NCBI RefSeq assembly: GCF_036321535.1
Contig: NC_087444.1
Coordinates: 27,342,001-27,406,000, forward strand
Source: Camelus dromedarius
Lineage: Eukaryota
Direction: 5' to 3'
DNA length: 64,000 nucleotides
Within the stretch, counting starts at the first letter, position 1. Each line of letters begins with the position of its first letter. The notes under the pieces were generated by a model. That model was not told where the DNA came from, did not search any database, and was given only the letters and a program-made list of their open reading frames with translations. This document shows positions 48,500 to 59,885 of this stretch, in pieces. A program made the position numbers and the translations under genes.

Positions 48500-48640
48500 A
48501 GTGGTACAGCATTTGGAGACAGGAGACCTGGTGAGTCTTCAGTTTTCCTGGCCTCAGTTTTATCGTCTGTAAATTGGGAATGTTGTAGTATCTATGTATG
48601 TGACTTCTATAAGCCACCTGGCAGATCACATTGCTGTTAC
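48500..48640 (+). mobile_element. MIR SINE (internally deleted)
   Basis: GTGGTACAGCATTTGGAGACAGGAGACCTGG...GGCCTCAGTTTTATCGTCTGTAAATTGGGAATG. Confidence 0.65.
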
Positions 48641-49784
48641 TAAGGACCATTTTCTTTATTTCCTTCAATATATATATATTTTTTGGTTTGTATTTAGTAA
48701 TGTAACTATTGGGTTATTCCAAATTCTTGCTTAGATTGGGGGCCATTCTCTCCCATTAAATGACCCTCGACCTTCAGCTAAAAGTAGTTGCTGATAATCT
48801 GTGTCCATGATAACTCACACTTTTGCTTTCTGATCCTAAGACCCACTCAGGTGTCCCAGATCTACAGGTGAGGTTGAATGGTGGGATAATCCAGGAGAGG
48901 AGATAAAGAGGTCCAAACTCTGATCATTGTCTCTAGGAACACTCAGTGGTCTGAGTACCTAATCCATCCTGTGATCCTCACTCCTGCCATCCAGTCTAGT
49001 AAGCACCATGCTTTCCTTCAGTCCCATTTTGTGGGGGAAAACACACACAAGTCTAAGAGGAATTCGTAGTATTTGATCGGAGAGGCACAGCCACTCAGCC
49101 CTAACGATGCATGATACAAAGCAGAACATAATCTTGTGGAATCTCTCAGATTGCATATCATTTGTGAGAAAGTATTTATTCACGGGCATGAAGATTATAA
49201 GGAATTAATTTTAACCCAGAAAGGAGTACATTTTGCAGGCAAGCAGAAACACTTTAGAATTTTTTATTAACCTCAATTGACATCTAGGGATTTGATAGTT
49301 TTCTTTAAGAAAGCTGGTTTGAAAGCCCAGCCATTTGTATGTAAACTTTCCCCATTAGTCGGGCTAATTGCTCGAGGACTTGCCTACTAATCTCCCATTT
49401 TCTTCTTGCCTGAAGCCCCCTTTATGGTCCCCACAGGGATTTAGAGTCTCCTCTGGTATGCAAAAGTTAGATCAATTGATATCTTCAAAAGCACAGATGC
49501 CAGTCTTGGCTCCAGAGAGCCCAAGATGGTCTGAAAATCTCATTCTGTTTCCCATCCATGTTTTGAGACAGAATTTTACAAAGTAAGGGACCCTTATCCC
49601 CAGGGGGACTCTTTCCATGTTGGTACCTTTGGTAACTTGTTACATTAAATAATATCAGGATACATCTTAAGACAATTATTTCCTTTTCACTTATTTATCA
49701 GTATTTCTGATGTTGTCCAAGAGAAAAGATCATTTTTAAAAAAGGTCATAAAAAAGTGCTGGTATAAATTGTGATTCCCTTTCT

Positions 49785-49972
49785 AGGGTTACCAAATTTA
49801 GCAAATAAAAATATAGGGCATCCGGTAACTTTGAATTTCAGATAAACAACAAATACATTTTTAGTTATGTGTCAAATAGTGCATGGAGCATACTTTATAG
49901 TAAAGAAGTTCCTGTTGTTTATCTGAAATTCAAAATTAACTGGGATTCCTGTATTTTATCAGGTAACTCCAC
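49785..49972. mobile_element. hAT MITE MER53 (palindromic, full length)
   Basis: AGGGTTACCAAATTTAGCAAATAAAAATATAGG...GTATTTTATCAGGTAACTCC. Perfect 8-bp TSD CCCTTTCT at 49777-49784 and 49973-49980. Confidence 0.9.
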
Positions 49973-50569
49973 CCCTTTCTGATTTCTACTAATGGCCCGT
50001 TTTAACAAAGATTCAGCAGACTTCAGGCTCAGAACCTATAGCTGGCAGTGATGTCTAATTAAAATTTAATAACAAGATCTTGTTTTCACAACTTATTTTT
50101 ACGTGTAACTTTTGACTTAGGGCAAATAACACCAGTTACATATTTCCAGTAGTTCTTTTTAAAGTAAATTTTTCAAATGACTTTAAGTAAAAACTAAAAA
50201 ATAAATGGATTTAAGAAATATTAATACAGAGTGAACTTGAATGTGGACCAGAATTACGGAGGATAGGGTGTACTGTCCGTGTGTCGTAGTCAGATAGATG
50301 CTGTATGTAAAGCCGGGATGAAATATGATATTTGGAGAGAAGTTTGAGGTAAGTTATAAGGATCCAGAGAGAGCGCTGTGGATTCTTACAACATAAGAAG
50401 GGGGAAAATCCCAAATTTCCTTTTTTGTTGGTGGGGTGGGGCGGACATTGTCTCAGGACCCAGTGAGACTGCAACTTCTGAGTGGTGAAGAGTAAAATTT
50501 TTGGTTTTCTCCTTTGGAATTTCTTTTTCTTTTTCACTCCTTATGCTTTCTTCCCAAATTTTCTTAGTT

Positions 50570-50717
50570 CACTGGTTCTCAGTGTGAACCAGAAGCCCAG
50601 AATCAGCTGGGAGCCTCTTAGAAATGCAAATTTTCAGGCCCCACCTCAGCCCAGCCTCCTCTGTTTTGACAAACCCTTCAAATGATTCTGATGAAGCTTC
50701 AGGTTTGAGAACCACCG
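50570..50717 (+). mobile_element. hAT-Charlie MITE MER5A
   Basis: CACTGGTTCTCAGTGTG...TTAGAAATGCAAATTTTCAGGCCCCACCTCAG...GGTTTGAGAACCACCG. Confidence 0.8.
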
Positions 50718-51079
50718 TCATAATCCATACATCAAGGCATAGCTACAAACCACATCCCTTTTGCACTTTTCCCTGGTTCTCTTGGCTGGAAATGCCCTCT
50801 TCCTGGTCTGCATACCCATAGCCGTTCATTGGAATTCTGTTGCTACTCTTCGTGGGCACTAGTTATTTGTAAGCAGTATCTGCTGTCCTCTTTACCATGA
50901 GTTGCCTGACAAAAGGGACATTATTTACGTATAGAGAAAACTTACCAGAACTCCTTATCTGGCAAAGAATTTTTAAAAATTAATCTACAGGCGGTCGTGT
51001 CCATAGGAATCACTAAGAAAAAAACCCACTAAACTCTTAATAGCAGTATTTTGTGCCAAAGATACAAACCAGACAAGAC

Positions 51080-51720
51080 ACAGAAGAAGAAATGCAAATA
51101 TCTAAATATGCAAAAATATTCAGTTTCACTGGAAAGTAAGTTAAAGCCAATTAGGATATGAATAAAGAGCCGTTTTAGCTATAAAATTAGCAGAGATTTT
51201 TTAAATGGTAATATTCCAGTTTGGCAAGAATGCAGAAAAATAACATTCATATAAAGTGCCGGAGGGAGTTGAAGTTCTACAATTGATATGGAAAGTAATT
51301 TGGCAGAATATATGGAGTGCCTGAGCAAAGTTCATGCCCTTTGACGTAGTCATTTTTCTTTTTGGGGGAAAGTCAGAAATGCGTATGAATATTTATGCAC
51401 AAATATGTTCATTGCAACATTATTTATACATAGCAAAAATGTGGGAATGAAATGCATGCCAAAATGGTTAAATAAATTATGTTCAATAGAAATGATGGAA
51501 CATATGCAGCCATAAAAAAATAATGTTTTCAAAAGATATTTAATGACATGGAAAATTTGCCTCTTACAATGTTAAGTTAAAAAAAGAGAGCAAGATAAAC
51601 ATTTATATATACAGTATCATAAGAATTATGTTAAAAATGTGTGCGTGTGTCTAAAAGAAAATAGACTAGAATGTTGCCAATAATAGCTCTGAATAGTGGA
51701 AAGTCCTATTCCTATGAGAT
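51080..51720 (+). mobile_element. L1ME-type ORF2 end and 3' UTR (decayed)
   Basis: ATGTTCATTGCAACATTATTTATACATAGCAAAAATG...ATGGTTAAATAAATTATG...ATGCAGCCATAAAAAAATAATG...TTTAATGACATGGAAAA. Confidence 0.7.
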
Positions 51721-51834
51721 GCTAGATTTCTTTACTTTCCTCTGGACTTTTTGGTGCAAGGACATACAACTGGATCATTGAAACACAGTAATGTGAGAAA
51801 TAGATTCAAAGTGATTCAGGTAGTTGGTTTTTTG

Positions 51835-51990
51835 TGGAACACCTGGAGAAGCACAAAGAAAAAAAATCTTGACCCCTACCTCACTCCTTAGACAAAAATT
51901 AATTGAGATGGATCCGAGACTTAAACGTCAAATCTCAAGGTTTCTAGAATAAAATATAGGAGACTATCTTCCTGACTTTGAGGTAGGCAA
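51835..51990 (+). mobile_element. L1M ORF2 fragment
   Basis: AATCTTGACCCCTACCTCACTCCTTAGACAAAAATTAATTGAGATGGATCCGAGACTTAAACGT...GGTAGGCAAAGA. Confidence 0.7.
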
Positions 51991-52184
51991 AGACTCCTTG
52001 GTGGGGGCAGTGGTTACGAGACATATCTGTCCCAAGTTATTTCAGAGCTTTGCCGGGTTGTTTTTATAATTAACTAAAATGATGCACATAAAGTGTCTGA
52101 CACACAGTCTAGTGTCTGGTACAAAATACATTCTCTAGTATTTGTTCCTTGTCCTCATCTCCTTTGTCCAGACACCAGCATTGC

Positions 52185-52400
52185 TGTCTCCAGGCTCTGG
52201 AGTGAGACCATTTGGATTGAAGCTGCATGCACACTCCCTGAGTGACTTGGAACGAGTTTTATTTAATGTCTCTTCATATGTAAAATACTGAGTTAACCTG
52301 TAAGGTTGTTGTGACTCACTAGAGAATCCATGCAAAGTGCTTAGCACAGTGGTGGAACCTATGGTAAGTGCTCGAGAGATGTTAGCTACAGCAACTGAGG
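52185..52400 (+). mobile_element. MIR SINE
   Basis: GGCTCTGGAGTGAGACC...CCATGCAAAGTGCTTAGCACAGTGG...ATGGTAAGTGCTCGAGAGATGTTAGCTA. Confidence 0.65.
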
Positions 52401-53554
52401 GGTGAATGTCTTCAGATGTCAGATAGCACTCACTCTGGTTGTGGGGTAGAGGAGATAAGTGCTTAGCACCTCAGAGGGCTGAGTCATGGAGATGCCTCCA
52501 CTTTTCAAGGCCATACTGCCTGTGTCCCCAGTGGCCATAAGATGCTGGAGTACGTGCTTCGTGGAACTCAGAACAACAGATGACCAAGAGCCTTAGACTT
52601 AGCTCAAGTGACAGTTGAATTATGCTCATTTCTCTTGTCCTCATCTCTGGGTCAGGAGAAGTTGCACTCTATTTTTCTTGATTATTTTCATGGGGTCTGT
52701 GACGTGGTCTCTTTGAAGTCATGTGGTGGTGAAACATTAAGACAAGTAACATCTGTGATGAAAGCCCAGAGTCAACCCGGAAGCTGGCTGTTCTCAGTCT
52801 GCTTCCTTGCCCATGCTGGTGGGGGCAGAACCGTGCAGAGTATATTCCTTGTTTACAACTGTGTATGATGACTTTGCTGGCTGACTCAATGGCTGTCTGA
52901 ACACCAAAGCAAAATTTAGTTACACCTCCCACCTTTCAGTGGGATACAAGGAAGAGGGTTCCTAGTTCATCTATTGGTAAAAGTTACATTCTCAGTGTGC
53001 CTGGCAGGGGAATGAAGAAGTTGCCAGTGGTAAGGGGGTGGTAAGTTGCATCCTGGCAGCTTAGGGTCCCCCAAACCTGCTGGATTCTACTTATCTGGTC
53101 TGGGAGGGTCATCAGCCCAGCCAGCAATATCCAGGAGGCACAGCTACAATGGCATGGCCCAGAGAGAGAGGGAGGGGGGCATTTTCTTTGATGGTCTGGA
53201 CTTACACAGTCATAGCTTTTAAGGAGAGGGACTGGGCATTCCTAGGTTAGTCCACAAAGCGCAAGTAACCCACTTATGCTTTCATATGGTCCCTCCTGAA
53301 GTTCATCAACGATATAATTGAGACCGAGTATTGGTATTTATTACCATACCTGAGCGTGGTAGTTTTTCAGTAATTGAACAGTGCCTTTAACTTTGTCTAT
53401 AGAACATAATACTGCCCCAGAGGATATACTTTCCACTGTTTCTCCCGTCTCATTTCTAGGGAGATGATTAATTGGTGAGGCCCTGAGGAGGAAGCTGGGA
53501 AAAAGAAAATCATGAGGCTCTCAGTGGCCCTCTAGAGCGAGCTAGACACTGGGG

Positions 53555-53830
53555 TCATCTTAGTTAGGAGTCTTTTGGTTCCAAGCAACTCAAATCAGTT
53601 TTAACTAGAAAAACTGGGGAGAGGGAAGTTTGTATTGTAAGACTGTGGGTTATACCATGATTTTCAAGGACAGAGAAGGAGCCAACATTGGGATTGGATT
53701 TGAATCTAAACATGTCATCAGGACTCTCCCAATTCTTTGTTCCTCTTTATCTGTCTGGTCCATCTCTCTTTGAGGCTGAAATCTTTCTTTTCCAGTTCAC
53801 ATGACTAAGAATGCTCACCTATATGTCTAC
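53555..53830 (-). mobile_element. Old MaLR LTR, MLT1K/L-like
   Basis: TCTTAGTTAGGAGTCTTTTGGTTCCAAGCAACTCAAATCAG resembles the old MLT1 terminus. Confidence 0.45.
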
Positions 53831-54589
53831 TCTGGAGACCAGGCAGACTGAAGCTGGTGTCTCTTATTATCTATCCTATATTCCTAGGGAAGAGACACTA
53901 GCCCTCTCTGGGTCAGAAAACACCCATGTTTTAATTCTGCTCAGCCAGGGACCCACCCTGTTGCCAGATGGACACAGGGTATGTACGGGGCAGGACAGCT
54001 CCCAGCACAGGTACTGAGCAGTAGCCCAGTTAGTGTCTATTCCATCAGTGACACTAATGTTTTGAGCTGGTCCTCCTTTTTCCTGGGTATGTCAGAAAGG
54101 ATTGAGAAATATCCCAAGCATTCAAGACACACTCCCTTAATAGGCTAATAAAAGATGTTACTAAGATAGGGGACCTAGAGCTTGGCCTTGTGGCATGACA
54201 ATTCATGCACCCCCATGGTGTTAGAACATCCCATTAATTAGGCCCTTGGGTTATGCCCTCCTGTCCATCTTCATGTCCATCACTTTCTTTAACTAATACC
54301 CACCTACACAATAGCCCAACTATTTGGTCTCCCTAACTCATAGACTCCTTATTCTCCCTCATGTCCACTTCCTGCAGTGCTGTCAGAGACGGGAATTCCT
54401 AAAATTCAAACCTGGGCATGTCCCCTTCACTCTTGAAAATGTGGCTGGTTCCAGTAGCCCTAAGAAGTCCATGTGCTTTGCTCTGCTCTCCAAGATGCCA
54501 ACCAATGTTTTTGGCCTCCCTTTCTCATCATACACACCAACCAGAAGGTGTATCCTAGATTTGTCCAACTCAACTCACAGGAAAGGCAA

Positions 54590-54800
54590 TGGAGTTGGAC
54601 CCTAAACTCAAGTCTCCTCTCACTGCTCACTGGCTCTGTGACAGTAAGCAAGGTGCTCATCCTCTCAGGCTTTTAGTTTCCTTTCCTGTAAAATAAAAAT
54701 TAAAAACAATACCTACACCTAAGTCCATGGAAAGAACGAAATAAACTGACCCAGGTAGAGTGTTTTAAATGATGCTTGGAACGTGGTCAGCAGCAGCATC
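54590..54800 (+). mobile_element. MIR SINE (an L2 fragment lies upstream at about 54270-54560)
   Basis: CTGGCTCTGTGACAGTAAGCAAGGTGCTCATCCTCTCAGGCTTTTAGTTTCCTTTCCTGTAAAATAAAAAT. Confidence 0.6.
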
Positions 54801-55424
54801 ACCAATAAAAGGAACACCGTGGTCAACAAATGAGCCACCATTTTGATTCCTAGACCTCCAACTCTCGTACGTGCCCAGCTTTGCTAACTAGCCATTTCTC
54901 TGAGGCCAAGTTGAACATGTTCCTTCAGTAAACGGCCAGAAGGAGGATAGGAACTCTGGAATTGATGAAGAAAATGCTGAGCCTCCCAAATGAGCCCTTA
55001 ACCACACCTCCCTCACAAGCACCTGCATGATACCAATACATGGTTCTTAGAAGTAATGTCTTTTTCTCCCAAAGCGGAATTCCAGTCCTTGACCTTGGGA
55101 ACCTAAGGACAGAGGGTGTGGGCCCCAGGTGGCTGCCACGGGGTCTCCGGAACACAGCCTGAGCTGTAGTAGCACCTCGCTGGGCTCCACTGTCACAGGG
55201 AGGTGGCAGCCCTGTAATTCATTACCAGTGGAAACAGAACATCACTGAAGAGATAAGGGCAACAATGGCCCTCTCTCCAGTGATAAATGACTAACAGTTG
55301 CATTATTTCCCCTTATTTATATATGGCTCTCTTTATTGAATTTAGGGGGAGATAAATAAACGATCTGCCAAGCGTCTGGTTAATATTACTTCTCAGGGAC
55401 TTGTTTGAGGCCCAGCTAGACTCC

Positions 55425-55572
55425 NNNNNNNNNNNNNNNNNNNNNNNNNNNNNNNNNNNNNNNNNNNNNNNNNNNNNNNNNNNNNNNNNNNNNNNNNNNN
55501 NNNNNNNNNNNNNNNNNNNNNNNNNNNNNNNNNNNNNNNNNNNNNNNNNNNNNNNNNNNNNNNNNNNNNNNN
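55425..55572. other. Assembly gap (148 N)
   Basis: Run of N. Confidence 0.99.
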
Positions 55573-56372
55573 GTTCTTGAACTTGCCTTTTACCACCCAG
55601 CATGACTAGGTGTCCCGGCTGCAAATCTGGGGACCTCTGTCATATACAGTCAGACTTAGAACTTCCTGTTGGCCACCAGGAGACAGCAAGGGACATGGTG
55701 CTGAATTTCTCCCTGTAAGGCATTAAGATAAAAGTTCAGTTTTCAAATTTGAATATTCCTTTCTGATCTGAATAGAGATTCTTTTTCTTTTAATCACAAC
55801 ATTTAATTTTTTTCTTTTTAATTCAAGGAGCTATAGATACACACCGGTTTAGAAACACACAGCTGGTCTATGGTGATGGAAATTAACCCTAAAGAATAAA
55901 AAAATAAATAACCCTAAGCTTCCACCAATGTACTGCAGTAGAGCCGTAAATTCAGAGACTTTGTTTTCAGGATCCGTCATTCTAATGCTGTGACGTTATG
56001 GACCATATTGAAGGCCTGTGTCTATGTGCACCTGAGGAATTTGTACTCCTTCTTGTACATTTCTTGTGATTTCAGAGGTAGCAGCCTCTGCAAACCTTTT
56101 TCTTATCCTAGATCTGTGTCTCCAAGCAGCCAATTGCTCTGCCTGGGCCTAATGATGTTGGCACCTGCGGTAAACACTTGGCTGTGTTTACAAGGCTCCT
56201 TCTTGGTCTAGACAGCAAGTTCCTGGGGGACACACATTGCAATCTCTCTGTGTCTTCCGGGTTTAGCAGAGGCTTTGGCAAAGAGTGGGTGCTTTGTAAA
56301 TATCTCTAGGTCATTATAAAGTCTAATGGGACAGTGTTTCTTTCCCTTGAGTGCTGGTCTCATCCTTTCTCT

Positions 56373-57707
56373 CTTTTTTTTTTTAACATTTTTTATTTAT
56401 AATTATTTTACAATGTTGCGTCAAATTCCAGTGTATAGCACAATTTTTCAGTTATACATGAACATATATATAATTCATTGTCACATTTTTTTCTCTGTGA
56501 GCTACCATAAGATCTTGTATATATTTCCCTGTGCTATACAGCATAATCTTGTTTATCTATTCTACATGTTGAAATTCCAGTCTATCCCTTTCCACCCCCC
56601 GCCCCCTTTGCAACCACAAGTTTGTATTCTATGTCTATGAGTCTGTTTCTGTTTTGTATTTATTTATTTATTTATTTTTTTAGATTCCATGTATAAGCGA
56701 TCTCATGGTATTTTTCTTTCTCTTTCTGGCTTACTTCATTTAGAATGNNNNNNNNNNNNNNNNNNNNNNNNNNNNNNNNNNNNNNNNNNNNNNNNNNNNN
56801 NNNNNNNNNNNNNNNNNNNNNNNNNNNNNNNNNNNNNNNNNNNNNNNNNNNNNNNNNNNNNNNNNNNNNNNNNNNNNNNNNNNNNNNNNNNNNNNNNNNN
56901 NNNNNNNNNNNNNNNNNNNNNNNNNNNNNNNNNNNATTTTGAAGTAGGGTTCCTTCTGGATATATGCCCAGGAGCAGGATTCCTGGGTCATATGGTGAGT
57001 CTNNNNNNNNNNNNNNNNNNNNNNNNNNNNNNNNNNNNNNNNNNNNNNNNNNNNNNNNNNNNNNNNNNNNNNNNNNNNNNNNNNNNNNNNNNNNNNNNNN
57101 NNNNNNNNNNNNNNNNNNNNNNNNNNNNNNNNNNNNNNNNNNNNNNNNNNNNNNNNNNNNNNNNNNNNNNNNNNNNNNNNNNNNNNNNNNNNNNNNNNNN
57201 NNNNNNNNNNNNNNNNNNNNNNNNNNNNNNNNNNNNNNNNNNNNNNNNNNNNNNNNNNNNNNNNNNNNNNNNNNNNCTTCTGCCCATTTTTGGATTGGGT
57301 TATTTGTATTTTTCTTATTAAGTAGTATGAGCTGCTTATATATTCTGGAGATCAAGCCTTTGTCAGTTTCGTTTGCAAAAATTTTCTCCCATTCCGTAGG
57401 TTGTCTTTTTGTTTTACTTATGGTTTCCTTTGCTGTGCAGAAGCTTGTAAGTTTCATTAGGTCCCATTTGTTTATTCTTGCTTTAATTTCTATTGCTTGA
57501 GTAGACTGTTCTAGGAGAACATTTTTGAGATGTATGTCAGATAATGTTTTGCCTATATTTTCTTCTAGGAGGTTTATTGTTATCTTGTCTTATGTTTAAG
57601 TCTTTGATCCATTTTGAGTTGATTTTTGTGTATGGTGTAAGGGAGTGTTCTAGCTTCATTGATTTACATGCTGCTGTCCAGTTTTCCCAACATATTTGCT
57701 GAAGAGA
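56373..57707 (-). mobile_element. Young, 5'-truncated camelid-type LINE-1 (about 1.3 kb)
   Basis: Poly(T) at about 56374, then antisense L1 3' UTR and ORF2 end. Perfect 18-bp TSD TGGTCTCATCCTTTCTCT at 56355-56372 and 57708-57725. Internal gaps at 56748-56935 and 57003-57276. Confidence 0.95.
56672..57457 (-). pseudogene. LINE-1 ORF2p C-terminal fragment
   Basis: Translation KLTSFCTAKETISKTKRQPTEWEKIFAN...KGLISRIYK...NNPIQKWAE...PYDPGILLLGIYP...ILNEVSQKEK...WNLKK closely matches the known L1 ORF2p C-terminus. Confidence 0.92.
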
Positions 57708-57744
57708 TGGTCTCATCCTTTCTCTGGTATTGTTTTTTATCTGA

Positions 57745-57880
57745 GAAATCTCTCTCTCTCACCAGACAGTAATTTCTATGAGAGCAGAAATTGTGTCTAT
57801 AGGTCTACACTGTCTCCCCTGGTGTCTAGCACGGTGCCTAGCATTCAATGTATGTTTACCAAATGGAAGAGTAAATGATT
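57745..57880 (+). mobile_element. L2 LINE 3' end (a MIR follows at about 57880-58060)
   Basis: CACCAGACAGTAATTTCTATGAGAGCAGAAATTGTGTC...CCCCTGGTGTCTAGCACGGTGCCTAGCATTCAATG. Confidence 0.7.
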
Positions 57881-58279
57881 GACAGGCATGAGGGCTTGGG
57901 CTTCAAGGCCTCTGCGTGTGGGAGAATGTCAGTCACAGTACTGCACAGAAGACCATGCACCTGAGTCAGGCCTGGTTCAAATTCCAACTAGGTGCCTCAA
58001 TTTCATCATCTGGAAAAGGCACAAAAATCACAGGGATGTTTATCAGGAAAAAGAACCAATGGATCTGAGAGCTCCTACTTCACTTTGAGGTGCCATTTTT
58101 ATGTTAGCCAATGTCTTTGATTCATAGCCTAACCCAGAACACTTCCTTGAACAATAGTCAGTATGCAGTGAAATGGGCCCATGGGGTGAGGCTCAGGAGG
58201 AAGTTCTGGACCTGGGCAACCCTCAGATTACATGAGCCATGGTATCTAATGAGAGAGTCGGCTGGAAAGAAGAGGCTGT

Positions 58280-58293
58280 GTTGCTGTGGCAAC
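58280..58293. promoter_or_regulatory. RFX X-box motif match
   Basis: GTTGCTGTGGCAAC fits the RFX consensus GTYNCY-NN-RGNAAC with perfect GTTGC/GCAAC arms. Motif match only; function untested. Confidence 0.35.
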
Positions 58294-59256
58294 AAGATCT
58301 GTCCCTGGTCCCTTCAAGTCTGTGTGTTCCTCAGTGGTGGTCTTGAATGGGTTGATCTTGTTCTGATCAACAGCAGTTCCTTCTCCCTGGAACCCTTCTC
58401 ACCTCATCCCACATGGCCAATTCATTCTCTCTCTATTTTTCTATCTCTTTCTCTCTGACCTTTTCTGGCCCTTCTTTCACCCTCTGATTGAGCCAGGCAC
58501 CAATTTCCATGTGGGATTGTGCAGAGCAAGAAAGGCCTTTTATATCAGAGGTAAAGGGGGAAGAATTTGGGAGTCTAGCAACTAGGGATGTGGCATCAGG
58601 CTCTACATCATCTCATCCAATTAGTGTGCTGAATTTTGTCTAAACCTTTCTCCGTGTCCTACATGCAGCACACCCTCTCTGAACTGCTGCCACCAAGCTT
58701 CACGCACGCTCCCTGCCTTGCTCTGAAACTGCTGGAGGCACTCTGGCTAATGAGCTAACTTCTGGCTAAAATTCAGTTTAAACTCTGAAATCCTTCACGT
58801 TGCTAACAACATTATTCTTTTAAAGCCAGATTGGGAGCATTATACTCCCTTTATCCCATCCCTTGACTGAGTTTCTAATTCTCCAAGTTAAATTTCACAT
58901 ACCTCATCCTGAGATTTAATGCCCTGGATATGATGTGCCTTTAAATCAGCTTTCTAGCCTCATTTCCCTCTGAATCCTACTAACAACTAGCCCTGAAATT
59001 GCCCCAGACCCCTCTTTGGGAGGCATGGAACATGGAACCCTCCCTTTCGCTCCATCCTTCTTAATCTATGTCTGTATGATTTTGTATGTTGCTTCCTTGG
59101 AAATTTGAATTCATGATCACTTTTTAATAGCCATTCAATTATCATCTTCTCTAGGAAATTTTCCCAGAATCCCACCATTGAAAGAAATGGCCCCTTCAAC
59201 TTTGCTCCCAGAGCCCACTGCAGCTTGTGTGGTCTCCGGAACTACAGTTACAGTAG

Positions 59257-59635
59257 TGTCTTTCTTCAGGCTGCTGTCACAGAACACCATAGTCAGGGTG
59301 GCTTCAACAACAGACATTTGCTCCCCACAGTTCTGGAGGCTGGGAAGTCCAGGATCAAGGTGCTGGGAGGTCTGATGTCTGATGCGAGCTCTCTTCCTGG
59401 CTTGCAGACAGCTAATTTTTCACTGTCTCTTCACACAATGTGGGGAGAGCGAGAGAGAGATCATCTTTCCTGTGTCTTTTCTTGTCAAGACACTAATCCC
59501 ATTCATGGAGGTTCCACCCTTATGACCTAATTACCTCTCAAAGGGTCCTTCCAAATACTGTCACACTGGGGGTTTAGGTTTCCACATATGAACTTTGTGT
59601 GTGTGTGGGGGTCACAAACATTCAGTCTGTAGACA
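59257..59635 (-). mobile_element. MaLR solo LTR MLT1A0-like
   Basis: GGCTGCTGTCACAGAACACCATAG...CACAGTTCTGGAGGCTGGGAAGTCCAGGATCAAGGTGC...CCCTTATGACCTAATTACCTCTCAAAGG...AACATTCAGTCTGTAGACA. Confidence 0.88.
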
Positions 59636-59784
59636 AACATCACTTCAACCAGGGGATGAGTTTCTTGAGGACAGTTTCTTGTTTCCAGTCTGTACTCCTT
59701 AGCTCAGAGTCTGGGACATAGTGAAATTAATTTTAATAGTTTTCCCACAGATATCCTTTCCTCCATGTCACCAGTTCCCTTTAA

Positions 59785-59885
59785 AGAACTAGTTATTAAA
59801 TGAAATTTCAAAGTACACAAAAGTTGAGAAAATAGTTTGGCAAACCGTGTATTCATCATTCAGCTTCAAACATCTTGCCCATCCT
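59785..59885 (-). mobile_element. L1MC/L1MD-type 3' tip
   Basis: TTATTAAATGAAATTTCAAAGTACACAAAAGTTGAGAAAATAG...TTCATCATTCAGCTTCAAAC. Confidence 0.55.

Noticed and set aside
55668-55690. CTCF-like TGGCCACCAGGAGACAGC
   Set aside because: Two mismatches in the G-rich core; too weak to call.
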